Of a DNA stretch of 27,964 nucleotides, positions 10,736-22,117 are shown one piece after another. The stretch covers positions 1 through 27,964 of the forward strand of contig NW_021827557.1 in assembly GCF_006345805.1 (NCBI RefSeq), read 5' to 3'. Each line of letters starts with the position of its first letter. The first letter of the stretch is position 1. The notes below the pieces were generated by a model. That model worked only from the letters and a program-made list of their open reading frames with translations. It was not told where the DNA came from and did not search any database. The translations under genes and the position numbers were made by a program. This DNA comes from Octopus sinensis. Lineage: Eukaryota.

Positions 10736-11168
10736 TATTGCTTCGTTGAAGCAGCTTGTTATCTATCCCCCCACTGCGAGGGAATTATTGTCATTGCTGA
10801 ACTGTGCGGCTTTGAGCCAATTCTGTCGGGCGTAAGCCCAAATTTGTCTGTGTTCGGCGTTTTGTATAAAGAAAAACGTAATGGAGTCACCATTGAGTTA
10901 ACTGGATTCGCCAAATAATTTAGTTATCGATACGCCTGTTTTTTTAACAGGTGAAGAAGTAAAAACACCGACGGTGTCGCCAAAGAAGTTAAACTTTGCA
11001 GAGACATCAGGAAAGAAGGAGAGACAAATTAACATGGAGAAGAATAACTTAAAAAAGCTTATGTCTATGTTAAAAATGGGCGGGGACGGAAATACAAGTA
11101 GCCCCTCCAACAGAAACAATAGACCAAGTTAATAATCTACAAAACTTACAACGTCGAGAAAAAAAGAA

Positions 11169-12050
11169 TTGATAAAACAGCAAAAATTTATTGAAAAATG
11201 CCCAAAGCCCATATGGTCGGATATAACTTACATGATAAGAGGAAAACGTTTTGGAACGGTAGAAGTGAGGTTCACATCAGAAATGGTGGCCAGGCGGCAC
11301 TGTTCTGAAACTTTGGGAACTGAGGAAGTGGTTCTTCTTCCCGTATATATGGGAAGAAGAACATCGAAAGTAAAAATTACAAATATTCCTCCAGAAGTAG
11401 ATGCTGCCTGGCTAGTGGCAGCCATAATAATGAATCAGGAAGAAGAAATCACCATTCTCCAGGTCACAGTGGTGGAGGAGGTGAATTGGAAGGGACAATG
11501 CGTGAACATGTTGATTCGGGCAGATGTCACTACGCTGGAAGAAATTCCAGAGATAATAAATATCGGTGAGGAGAGGGTGATCGTCTTCGTAGAAGGCAGG
11601 AAGCCAAGATGTTTTAACTGTGGGTTAAAGGGCCATATAAGGTCCGAATGCAGGAAGCACAGGAAGAAAAGAAAGGAGAAGGAACATCGACAGTGGAAGC
11701 ATCAGTTACATCAGCAGAGACGACACCATTACCATCAAAACCAGAGGAAGAGTGCGACGATAAAGGTTGTCGACTGTTTTTTAAAAAAGAAGAAAAAACC
11801 ACAGACCGCCCTTACCACACTGAAACAAAGAGAGAAATATGAAAGCGAAAAGGCCATCAAGGCATCAAATAATAGACTGATTAACCGTTTGGCAGCTATT
11901 TCATCTGCCAAAGGAGTAGAAAAAACGTCATCAAAAGACTTTCTCATCTACAGGATAGGCTGCAAGGATTACGGACAGATGAAGTTCGAATTTTTTCCTG
12001 ACCCTCTCAGGATGATCTATTTTCCATATATCTACGAGGGGCCTATGTAA
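11169..12050 (+). CDS. Tx1-like ORF1 (gag-like) open segment with CCHC zinc knuckle; true start probably ~10880, frameshifted
   Basis: VEGRKPRCFNCGLKGHIRSEC (C-x2-C-x4-H-x4-C at 11610-11651), directly upstream of the EN domain. Confidence 0.75.
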   Translation: MIKQQKFIEKCPKPIWSDITYMIRGKRFGTVEVRFTSEMVARRHCSETLGTEEVVLLPVYMGRRTSKVKITNIPPEVDAAWLVAAIIMNQEEEITILQVTVVEEVNWKGQCVNMLIRADVTTLEEIPEIINIGEERVIVFVEGRKPRCFNCGLKGHIRSECRKHRKKRKEKEHRQWKHQLHQQRRHHYHQNQRKSATIKVVDCFLKKKKKPQTALTTLKQREKYESEKAIKASNNRLINRLAAISSAKGVEKTSSKDFLIYRIGCKDYGQMKFEFFPDPLRMIYFPYIYEGPM

Positions 12051-12143
12051 AAAAAACCCACGAGCCTGAGAGAAAGAAAAAGAGGACGAAGGGGAGTCCT
12101 TCTACATTTATACATTTATACAACCTACATTCATGTAGGTTGT

Positions 12144-14600
12144 ATGAATGTGCGTGGCCTAGTTTCAAGCCAGAAGCAAGGTCGCTTCCTTAATGACATC
12201 AGGTCGCGTAATTTGGATGTTATTGTTTCTACAGAAACCCGGTTAAGGGGGCCAAGAGATATGCTCCCGCTGTTGGATGGTTACGGGAGTTTTTTCTCTC
12301 CGAGCTGCCCTTCTAGCGGAAGCGGGATGTTGGTACTATTTAAAAGAAACCGGGTTTCTGAGAAAAAGTTAATTTTTTCAGATCCAGAAAGTAGGCTGGT
12401 CGTCATGGACTTGACGTTCAGCCGTGGTAAGATTATCAGACTGGTTGCAATTTATGCACCCACAACAACTGGGCAAAGCGAATATTTTCGGAATCTGGAG
12501 AAGTTTCTAGATACATCACATTCTTTAGTGTAGATTATGTTGGCCCGTGCACAGATAGAAAAGGTAATCCCTGCTTCCAGGATCTACTAAGACGCTTCGA
12601 GCTGGCAGATCCATATAGGCTGGAATTTCCGAACCTTCCAAAGTGGACATTGTCAAGCAGCGACGGATATTCCAGATCGTACTTAGAGTGTTAATTAGAA
12701 AAGCAGATAGGAATATAGCTAGCTGTCTACAGTTTCATCCGGTCAGCTGCAGTGATCATAAAATGGTCACCTGTAAGCTTGCCATAGATAAGCTATATAG
12801 TAGAGGTCCCAGTTACTAGAAACTTCATACGTTCCTTTTGAAGCATAATGAGTACAGAGAGCGAATTAGTCGTTAATTCAGAGGGCATTAACCAGATCCA
12901 TTATTAATAATAAATGGTGCTCTGTCCTCAAGCGAGCCATTAAATTTGAGTCTATTACATATAGCATAGGTTTAGTGGCTAGAGAGGCTCGGAGGGAATC
13001 AGCATTAGTTACAAACTTAGACACAGCAATGAAAACTGGCTCTGTGGCTCAGGTTAAGGCCAGGAGACTGGCGTTAAATCAGCACTTCGAAGCCAAACAC
13101 ATGAGTTGCATTGTCAGGAATAGGCTTCGTGCTGTGGTTTGTGAGGGAATCAAGGCCGCGGGATGGGCCCTAGTGGTGGAAGCTCAACGTGGTAATGATG
13201 CCACAATCCGATCTTTCATGACCCAACGTTATAAGTTGATAGACGAACCCGAGAATATGTGTGAGGATTTTCAGGAGCACTTCGCCCAGCTTTTCGGGGC
13301 GAGTGGGCGGACCGGATAGTAGGAGGGACCTAACGGACTTCCTCACCGGGCTGCCGCGCCTCTCGTGAAAAGTCAGTCGGCTTGCAGCTCGGCACCCGGA
13401 GAGGCAAATCAATGCCTCCTGATAGCTTCGTGGGACGTTGGACGGAGGTCCGATTAATTTGCTAGGAGTTTGGTTCGGACCAGACCTTCAAATAGAGAAG
13501 AACTAGGCCGAGGTATTGAGCAGGGTGACCCACATAGTCAAGACCTGGTCTTGGCGGTGGCTATCCTTGAAAGGGCGTGTGGAGGTGGCCAACGTGTTCA
13601 TCGCATGGTCCATCACCTACCGCCTAACTGTCGTTCCTTGTCCTGATTCGTGGTTGATCAAGCTGAAAAGACAACGCTTCCACTTCTTGTGGAAGGGCTC
13701 GAAAACGCTTCTGAGACGCTCTATTTGCTGCCAACAACCGTTAAAGGGTGGTCTAGGGATGCCTTGGATGTTGAAGCACAGACATGCGCTGAGGTTGGGT
13801 CATCTGTGGCTCTAACTGGATGGTGAATGGGTGTGGTTGCCGCTGGCGAAACGGATGGTTCCCAAGTTCACTAGTTTCGGTGGACGCGAAACCTGGTTTA
13901 TCGATGATCGAAGTTGGGCACATGGTTTACGGAGTGTCATATGGCTCTCTTGCTATTCCATCGCTCGAGCAATGCCTGTGGTAGTGGTTCCACCGCATCT
14001 TTTTATAGAGGGCTTGTAGAAGCGGAATGTGACGAAACCTGAGGGGAAACCTAGGTCTCGATGATAATCAGCTGGCCAGTCTGTTCCAACGTACATTCGG
14101 GCCGAAGACCCTGGACAACTTTCAGAAGTCTCAGGCATGGCAGTGTCACCGAGAAGCCTTACCTGTTCCGGACAAGCTCACAAGGCATGGTGGCCACGGT
14201 CCATCGACCTGTCCAGTATGTGAGCGGGAAAGGGAAACCGTTCCGCACGCTATTGCTCAGTGTTTGATGTTGTCAGACGTGTGGGTTTAGGCTGAACAAC
14301 TCTTGTGAAGTGCAGGAAGAGTTCAGCTATCGACTGAGTCTATATTGACAACTCACCCGCCTGATTTCCTATCGAAAGAAGGTAAGAATTGTTTTCTCAT
14401 TGTAGTAGCAATTGCGAGAGAGGTGATTTGGAAGACGAGATTGAAAGAGTTAAATTCAAGTATCTTCATCTCTGGCCCTGAATTGGTGAATTACTTCACC
14501 TTTCACCTTAAAAAGAAAATAAGGCTAGAGAGAAAATGCCTGTCTACGAAAACCTTTCATAATCGATGGAAGAATATTGCGCGAATGTTGCGTATGAATG
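12144..14600 (+). pseudogene. Tx1/L1-type ORF2 remnant lacking the RT core
   Basis: EN motifs NVRGL, TETRL, AIYAP and SDHK are present. The sequence jumps from LPRLS to REKSVGL at 13364-13365. It then reads LGVWFGP, WSWRWLSLKGRVEVAN, FLWKG, GGLGMP, REALPV and ETVPHAIAQC. There are multiple stops and frameshifts. Confidence 0.85.
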
Positions 14601-14846
14601 TTACCTCTTGAATGCGACACAGGACGAGTCTCAGGCACGTGGCGAGGCGGGACTTGTGAGGTCCGAGATGAACCCGCATCTCCACTCCAGCCGTAATGTA
14701 TTCCTGTCTGTCCCATCATTCGTTTTATATAATTCTGTAAATTTTAAAATTCATTTTGTTGTTACAATCATTCGTTCATCTGAACATCCAATCAGATTGT
14801 GATGTCCCCTTCTTTGTTTTCCCTTTGTGGGAAATAAAAAATCACT

Positions 14847-16611
14847 TTATTATTAGCGCAAGTTGTTACAGTCATCTCTTAACATTGTGAGTGTGATTTT
14901 GTTCGAAGTTTCTTGCCCAGAATTGTTGAAGTTTCGGAAATCTTTTGTCCAGGTGTTACTGTTTGTTTTCAAAACGCATAACTTATTCAACAGTCTGGTG
15001 CTTTTTTTCTTTCCAATATTTTCCTCCCATTTGGGGCGGAAAAAAATCTCTGAAATGGATGTCGAGTGCGAGGGAGCGCGAAGTGGAAGCTACGCGTCTG
15101 TGGCACAAAAAGGAAACACAGTGAGGCAGTTGGAAAAGTGAGAGGTTATTATTGACGGAGAGGCATTGTGCGACTGCATGCAACTGATAGAAAGGGAGGG
15201 GTCGAACGCAAAGTTGACCCTTCCAGGAGAAAGAACCGAAAGAGTGAGAAAGGGTACGGTTATGTGCAGGAAAAGAAGATCGAGATGGCACCGGAAGATG
15301 CCTTAGAAAAATGCCTAGACATAATAAGAGGAGACATCTCCTTTTATACCAGAAGAAGGTAATACATTACTCTGGAGTTAAGATTTGCTTCCCAAGAGGT
15401 GGCAGTCGAACATTCCACTGTACTAATACGAACGGAAGAATGGTACTCCAGCCAACGTACCTAGGGAAACGTATCTCTAGAGTGAGGATTGGCGGGATTC
15501 CACCAGTGATAACGGAAATATGGATAGCGACAGCCATACTTACTAACACGAAGGAAGAGGCGAAAGTTGTCCAAGCAACCAGAACACAACAGTTGAATTG
15601 ACGGGGTTAGGGTTTGGAATTAATTATCCAGGCCACCCAATTGGACCTAAATGAGGTCCTTGATATAAAATTACCAGATGAGATGAAAACTGACGGTAAC
15701 AGTGGAAGGGAGACCTCCCACCTGTTATTGTTGTGGCCAGAAGGGGCACATCAAAAAGAACTGCCCCAAAAATGTATAAGGAGAGAGAGATGCAGCCGAG
15801 AGCCGGAGCGAGCCTGAGAGTGCCGCGAAGATGGTGGAACAGACACAAGAAGCAGCGGAGTCAGATATACCAGGACATAAGTGAGGATTCTGAGGAGAAG
15901 TACAGTGAAGGGAAAAGAGAGAAAGAGTCAACACAACACTGAAAAGCACACAACAATGTAAAAAAGAAGGGTTGTACATAGAAACAAGACACACACCAGA
16001 CAAACAAGACACAGAACAACGCACTCACACAGTATACACCACTGCTACCATCCCCGCCGCAAAAGAACTCCCGAAATCTCACACGCAGATGCACAACACA
16101 GACAAACCACGAGAAAAAAAACGCAGCATGCATAATGACATACAGAATAATATATCAATTGAAAAAGTGTAATAAAATTTTAAAAACACCATTAGAGTAA
16201 AACTACCCCAAGACTGTGCACCATACACGAAATCCATTTTAAAAGACAAACAAAACTACAATACAGTAAACGAAACTTTCAAATCAGACATAGCTTCACT
16301 GGAGTTGGTGGTGAGGTGTGACTCCTTCCTTCCGGTGGTAGAAAACAACGAACTCGCGCTATATTTTATATGGTAAAGGAAAAAATAAGTAAAATGGTTT
16401 TAAACGATTAATAATTCGAAAATTGTAAATGAACAGTAAAACGTGATTGGCTTTGGGTGGGGCTCAGCTAAGACGTTCATCCTCATTTGTAATATAATCA
16501 TTCCATTCATTGTTCTGTATTTTATGTCCCCACTTGTGCTGTCTGTTCCGACCCCGTGTCCATTTTGTATCGTCCCGTCTATGTTTGCCTATTGTGGCGC
16601 GAATAAAATAA
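14847..16611 (+). mobile_element. L1/Tx1-like unit C: ORF1-only, decayed
   Basis: Starts with TTATTATTAGCGCAAGTT. It encodes LQPTYLGKRISRVRIGGIPP and EGRPPTCYCCGQKGHIKKNCPK (knuckle at 15723-15764). No ORF2 is present. The 3' UTR has AATAAA at 16602-16607. Confidence 0.8.
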
Positions 16612-18180
16612 TTATTCTTAGCGCAAGTTTGCCTTGGATTGGTTTATCTCATACGTGAGGTTTGCATTATAGGATTGTCTTTTGTTTGAACTTATCTGAG
16701 TTTTCTTTTTCTTGTTACAATATTGTCTACGTTCTGCGTTTGCAGACTTTTCGAACATATTTTCCGCTCGTTTGAGGAGGGAAAATTGTTAAGTTTGCTA
16801 TATTTTGTGCCATTTATGGGAATTTTTAATTCCCAAACCATGAGTCTCTACTCTGTTGAGGGAAACACATTTTAAAACAATGGATAGCATGCTTAACATG
16901 CCGACAGGTAAGGTCTTCTTTGAAGATCGCCAACCAGAACAGGTGAAGAAGATAACAAATTTCGCTGCTGTAGCAGGTATCTCGTGGAAAAAACGTTGAA
17001 CCGGATGCACGAAACAAACACAATGGAATGTTTCAAAGGGGAGGACACGAGTTGAAAATTACCCTCTCCAGTAAATTAAAAGAAAATAATACAAGAAAAA
17101 TAATGGTGTACAAAAGTTTCGTGGCGATGGAGAAAAATTAGAAAAGGCCGCAAAAGAAGACTTGGAGAAATATCTACAACATATTTGGTCAGACATTACA
17201 TTTCTAACAAGAGGGAAGAGATTTTCAACAACTGTTGTGCATTTCAAAAGTGAGGAAAAGCCAGGCAACACTCAATAAAACCATTAAAATAACTGAGGTA
17301 GTGCTGCTACCAATCTACTTAGGAAGGCCCACTGCCAAAATAACGGTGGGAGAAATTCCTCCCGGGATAGACGTTACCTGGCTTTGCGCAGTACACATTA
17401 TGCGATTAGAGGTTAAAATATCGATCCTCGAAGCCACTAAAATTGAGCAATAAAACTGGAAAGGCCAGGGGATCTAAACAATCATTCAAGCAGCCTTTGC
17501 CCACCTCGCAGAAATTGCAGAAACTATCCAGATTGGAGAGGAAAGCATGTTACGTAAGAGCAGAGTGTCCCTCTATTCCTAGTACCATCAAGAGAAAATC
17601 TTGCCTTTCAGACACACACGATAGTCCCCCACGCCAAACCTAACACAAAAGTAAAAGAAAACAGCCTAATCTACCCCTCCCAGTCATAAAAAAGAATCCT
17701 CCCCACCTCTTCCCAACTGTAGCGAGGTTCAGTTTAGTGACAATAAAGGACAAGAATGAATTCCTTGCAGATGAACTCCAAGACATACCGATTGCAGAAC
17801 TTTACAAAGAACAGTTTACCATCCTACACGAGGGAATACAAATTTATTGCATAGATAGCATAAATTTCTCCATTCCCTCATGACATAGGCTCTCCCAGAA
17901 AGGACTTCTGTCCGTCCATGTACGACGGCCTAACCAAAGAATCCCCGCAATACACGGACGAGACTGAGAAGGGAGATCCCTTCCCCAACAAAGGTAAGCT
18001 TTTTGTTAGATACACTCACTGTAGGATGTTTAAGTTTACGATGCCTGGGGTCAGACTGGAAGCAAGATCGCTTCCTTAATGACCTCAGGTCTCATAGATT
18101 GGGTGTGATTGGATATTTTCCCATGCCAACAAGGGTGGGGGAGGGACACTCTGCTCTTACGTAAATTGGAGCGAGGTCAC
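16612..18180 (+). mobile_element. L1/Tx1-like unit D: ORF1 (knuckle deleted) plus first ~50 codons of ORF2, 3'-truncated
   Basis: Starts with TTATTCTTAGCGCAAGTT. It encodes IWSDITFLTRGKRF and VVLLPIYLGRPTAKITVGEIPP. 18060-18091 matches the B2 EN start (12174-12205) at 30/32 positions. Confidence 0.8.
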
Positions 18181-21118
18181 GAGCAGTGTCGCCAATCTGA
18201 CCTCAAGTAAGTCAAACCTTTACGAAGCCCAATTTTATTTAGTCCACTGCCCCCCTTTCCACATATTTTAGTCGAAATCCAAAAATATGACGCTATTCTT
18301 TACGAGCGAGATTGCCCGTATGGTGACCGCTATTTCAACCACCAGCCTGGAGCAAAGTGTTTAATTCACAGAACTCCAAACATAGCACTCTTGCTACAAC
18401 AGAAGCACAACTAAGACCCAAATGAAATCGTACCCCTAATATCTACTGCTGTCCCCAACACAAGATATTTCTACAGCAATATTGTACGCTAATACATCTT
18501 CCCGGGATCCGACGTACAATCAAAACAACACTCCTAGTCAACATCACAAGCTTCATAAAGCCATATTCAGGTGCAGTACTACCAACACGAGGTTTTCCCA
18601 CAAGTAAAGAAATAAGAAACCATCCATCTGAAACAAGAATAAAATCAACAGACCCAGCACAAACCTTTTCAACAACCCAGTAAACTGGAGAAAATCCTGT
18701 AGCAACAAAAACAAAACAAACAAACGACAAAACCGTCAATGTAACCACAGCTTTATCCACCAAATATTCCTTAACCAGACAAATTATTCTTTCTTATCCA
18801 TCCGAAACCTGGCAAAAGAGATTCAGATAAATGTCTTGACTGTCATACTGTCCCTTTGTCGTTACTCCCAGTCCATAAACTGGTCCCTCGCTGACATTAA
18901 AACATAAGTCTCTTTCGGGACCGTTGAAAAAATGTAATCGAGCCACTACGGATGTTTCATGCACCATACGTATAACAAATCCCAATGATTTTGTTATAAT
19001 TAGGGTCTTACAGGCCATTCCAAGAGCCTTTACTCTTCTTAAAAGAATGACTCAACATTATTAAATCTTTTATTCAACAGTGTCAATCTGGTAGCATTTT
19101 AATGGTAGACGACTTCAATTTCCCCTGCGTTGACTAGTCTATTTATAACTTGAAAGCAATTCAGTCCAAGACAACTCAACAGTGGAGTCACTTTATTGAC
19201 TAATGTTTCCTTTTCCAACTCATGCGAGAGCCAACGAGCTTCAGCAAAAACCTATTGGACTTAACGTTTAGTAACCACACTGACACTGTCTGTAATATTG
19301 CAGAGGAAAAAGACTCTTCTTTCTGACCATAACAAGTCTGATTTCTCACCAGAACACTCTTTGACCGCATGGATCTTCACAATGGAATGCAATCACTCAG
19401 GATCGTTCACTCATTGACTCGCCTTTCGCTTATTCACTCGTTTCAAACAGCATCAATGTATCCTGGAAGCTCTTTGAGGACACTGTCACAAATATATATC
19501 TATGATATTCTCCATTACAGTCCATGAGCCAAACTAAATATAAACAAGCAAAAAATATATAAAAACCCTAATTAAAAAACTAAAAAGGATGAGTCAAAAA
19601 TCGAGCGACTAAAGTATTGGCATCAGCGACAGGCGTACTTGACTGATAGAGTTTTTCTCGAATCAAGTAATGCAATCTTATATAAATCGATTCAATCCCA
19701 AAGTGTTCGTCTCCTTTGCCAAAGAGAAAATGGTCGCTGTAACATTCGCTGAACCTTTGATTGATGAGGACAACATTCTCTTTAGTGAGCGAAAAGCCAT
19801 GGGTGAGATTCTGCAGAAGCAATACTGCTCTGCTCTCAGCAATGCAAGTATGGTTAATCTAGACAGCATCTGTGAAGTAAACCTCCTGCACACCCTATTC
19901 AATATATCTCTTGACGTCCTGGATATCAGAGCACTTAGAAGCAAAATTAAAAGCAACTCAGGTGTGAGTCCCGATAGCTTTCCCACTAGAGTTCGGGGGG
20001 GGGGGGGTGATGACATGAATTTGTATTATTTCTAACTATTCTCTGAATAAAATTACTGGACGTTGGTTATTTTGCTGAAAATCGATTGTCCCAGTTTTCA
20101 AAAAGGTAAAAAAATTACTCCCAGCGAATTATTTGAGAGAGGGGTGAGGTCTCGAGTATGATGTCACTTCCCTTAAGTTTGTGGACTTATTTCCATACAA
20201 TATGTTTTTAGCACCAGCAGCGGCTTCCTAAGACAGCGCTTGCATCATTTTGACCACACCCTAAATGTCCTGAGGGTTCCATTGCCGATGCCATTTATCT
20301 TGCCTTCAGCGAGGCTTTCGATAAAGTTGATCACATTATACTGTCAAAGTAACTATCCAACACAGAAATCAGAGGGAAATTTTAGAAGTGTTTCCTGATG
20401 AACGGACCCAGCATGTGGTGTTCGATGGTGTTCGATCAAGCTCAGCACTTGTCATTATTGGAATTCCTCAAGGCCCTGTATTGGATCCATTTCTCTTTGT
20501 TATTTACTTTTGTGGCACCACTGACGTTATCAAACTCACCAATATAAAAACTTTCGCCTATGACTGAAAGATTTTGAAGGTCATCGACAGTGTAGGAGAC
20601 CAAACAAACCTCCAGTTGGATGTGCTCGCTGTTATCCAATGGGTGAAAAAAATACAATATGCAACTAAGCGATGATAAATCTTATAATAATTCTGCTTGT
20701 CATTAGGGTACTTAGCCCATCAGTAATGCTTTCACGTGATTAGAGAAAAGGAGGACGAAAAGGGGAGAGAGAGAAAAGGAAGGCGAGAGAAACCTCCATG
20801 ATATGCGATTGGAGGAACATAATTGTAAAGCTTTCACTTGATTAGTTGAAGGGAATTAGAGAACAAAAGGAAGAAATCGGAGAGAGAAAAGGAGGATAAG
20901 GTGAGGAGTGAGGCATGAAGAGGGAGAAAGAAAAAGAGGGAGAAAGAAAAAGAGGGAGAGAGAAAAGACAGAGGGAGAAGCGTCCATGACATGTGGTGAG
21001 GGGAACGTAATATTTATTACGTGGTTAAAAAAGAAAGTTGAAGGTAGTGATATAGAGGAGAGTTAGGAATAAAATTTTAGCGGAGTGATGTTCTGGTAGT
21101 GAGATTAAGGAAAGGCAG

Positions 21119-21149
<31 letters not shown>

Positions 21150-21300
21150 TGAGTGAGTGAGTGAGTGAGTGAGTGGGTGAGAAAGTGACAGACAGAGAGG
21201 GATGATGGTGGTGGTGGTGGTGGTGGTGGTGATGTTGGGTGCATAGTGGAAAGTACTTTTTTTATAATTGAACTAAGTTTTTTATATCACCTATAACTTG

Positions 21301-21460
21301 ACGCATGCGCATCCTAATCTTGCCATTCACCTTAGAAAGAAACCAGTTTCTGTTCGCCTGTTATATGCAATCGCTATCAATAAATCACAAGGGCAGACAT
21401 TTTTGATAAAGTGGGGTTGTTCTTGCCTAAACTTGTCACGGTCAGGTATATGTTGCATTC
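21301..21460 (+). pseudogene. PIF1-family (Helitron Rep/Hel) helicase C-terminal fragment
   Basis: PVSVRLLYAIAINKSQGQTF, then (frameshifted) DKVGLFLP and HGQVYVAF. These match helicase motifs V/VI (AMTINKSQGQT...HGQLYVA). Confidence 0.85.
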
Positions 21461-21887
21461 GTAATGGCTCTCAGATTATCTGATGTTAAAGTTATCAACA
21501 ATGACAAAGGAAAAGAAACGGGAAAACTTACACGAAGGACATATTCTGCAAAGAAGAATTGGATTGAAAAGTGTGCGCAAATTGAAATGTGTATTGGCTC
21601 CGACCCATAGCCTTGCCGTATAATTTACCAACGATATGGTTTTCAGAGTGTGCCATACTGCATTAAATGTTTACCACTGTGAAAATGTGGGCCCAATATT
21701 TTATATATAAAATAATTTTTTTTAATATAAATTTTTGCTTTCTAGATATGAAATTGTGACCATGTAAAATTTAAAATGTAAAACTTTCCCCGTTTTGGAG
21801 ATAAATGCAAAAATAAGAGTAAATATTTATTTTATGGGTGCTGTGTATTAAGTCTATAGAATTGTGCATAAAGTATAAATGATATAA

Positions 21888-22117
21888 ATTTCTTTACTGT
21901 CCACAAGCAGCTAAACATAGAGGGGAGAAACAAGGACAGACAAAGGGATTAAGTCGATTACATCGACCCCAGTGCGAAACTAGTATTGTATTTATCGACC
22001 CCGAAAGGATGAAAGGCAAAGTCGACCTCGGCGAATTTTGAACTCAGAACGTAACGACAGACGAAATACGGCTACGCATTTCGCCCGGCGTGCTAACGTT
22101 TCTGCCAGCTCGCCGCC
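21888..22117 (-). mobile_element. Full-length tRNA-derived SINE
   Basis: The minus strand starts GGCGGCGAGCTGGCAGAAACGTTAGCACGCCGGGCG with an A-box-like TGGCAGAAACG and a B-box-like GAGTTCAAAATTC. It ends AGTAAAGAAAT. It resembles a common octopus SINE recalled from memory, not searched. Confidence 0.8.

Larger units (their letters stand above)
10736..14846 (+). mobile_element. L1/Tx1-like unit B2: ORF1 + ORF2 with internal deletion of the RT core
   Basis: Contains ORF1 with a CCHC knuckle, an APE endonuclease, the post-RT region and a C-terminal zinc finger. AATAAA is at 14833-14838. Confidence 0.85.

Noticed and set aside
18280-18345. Possible CCCH finger of CR1 copy 2 ORF1 (CPYGDR..H)
   Set aside because: It needs a stop-to-Cys repair, a frameshift and a Tyr-to-Cys repair, which is too degenerate to call.
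18443-18763. Hydrophobic 106-aa minus-strand ORF resembling a membrane protein or host exon
   Set aside because: It is antisense to the A/C-rich region upstream of the CR1 copy 2 EN. No convincing splice sites or domain were found.
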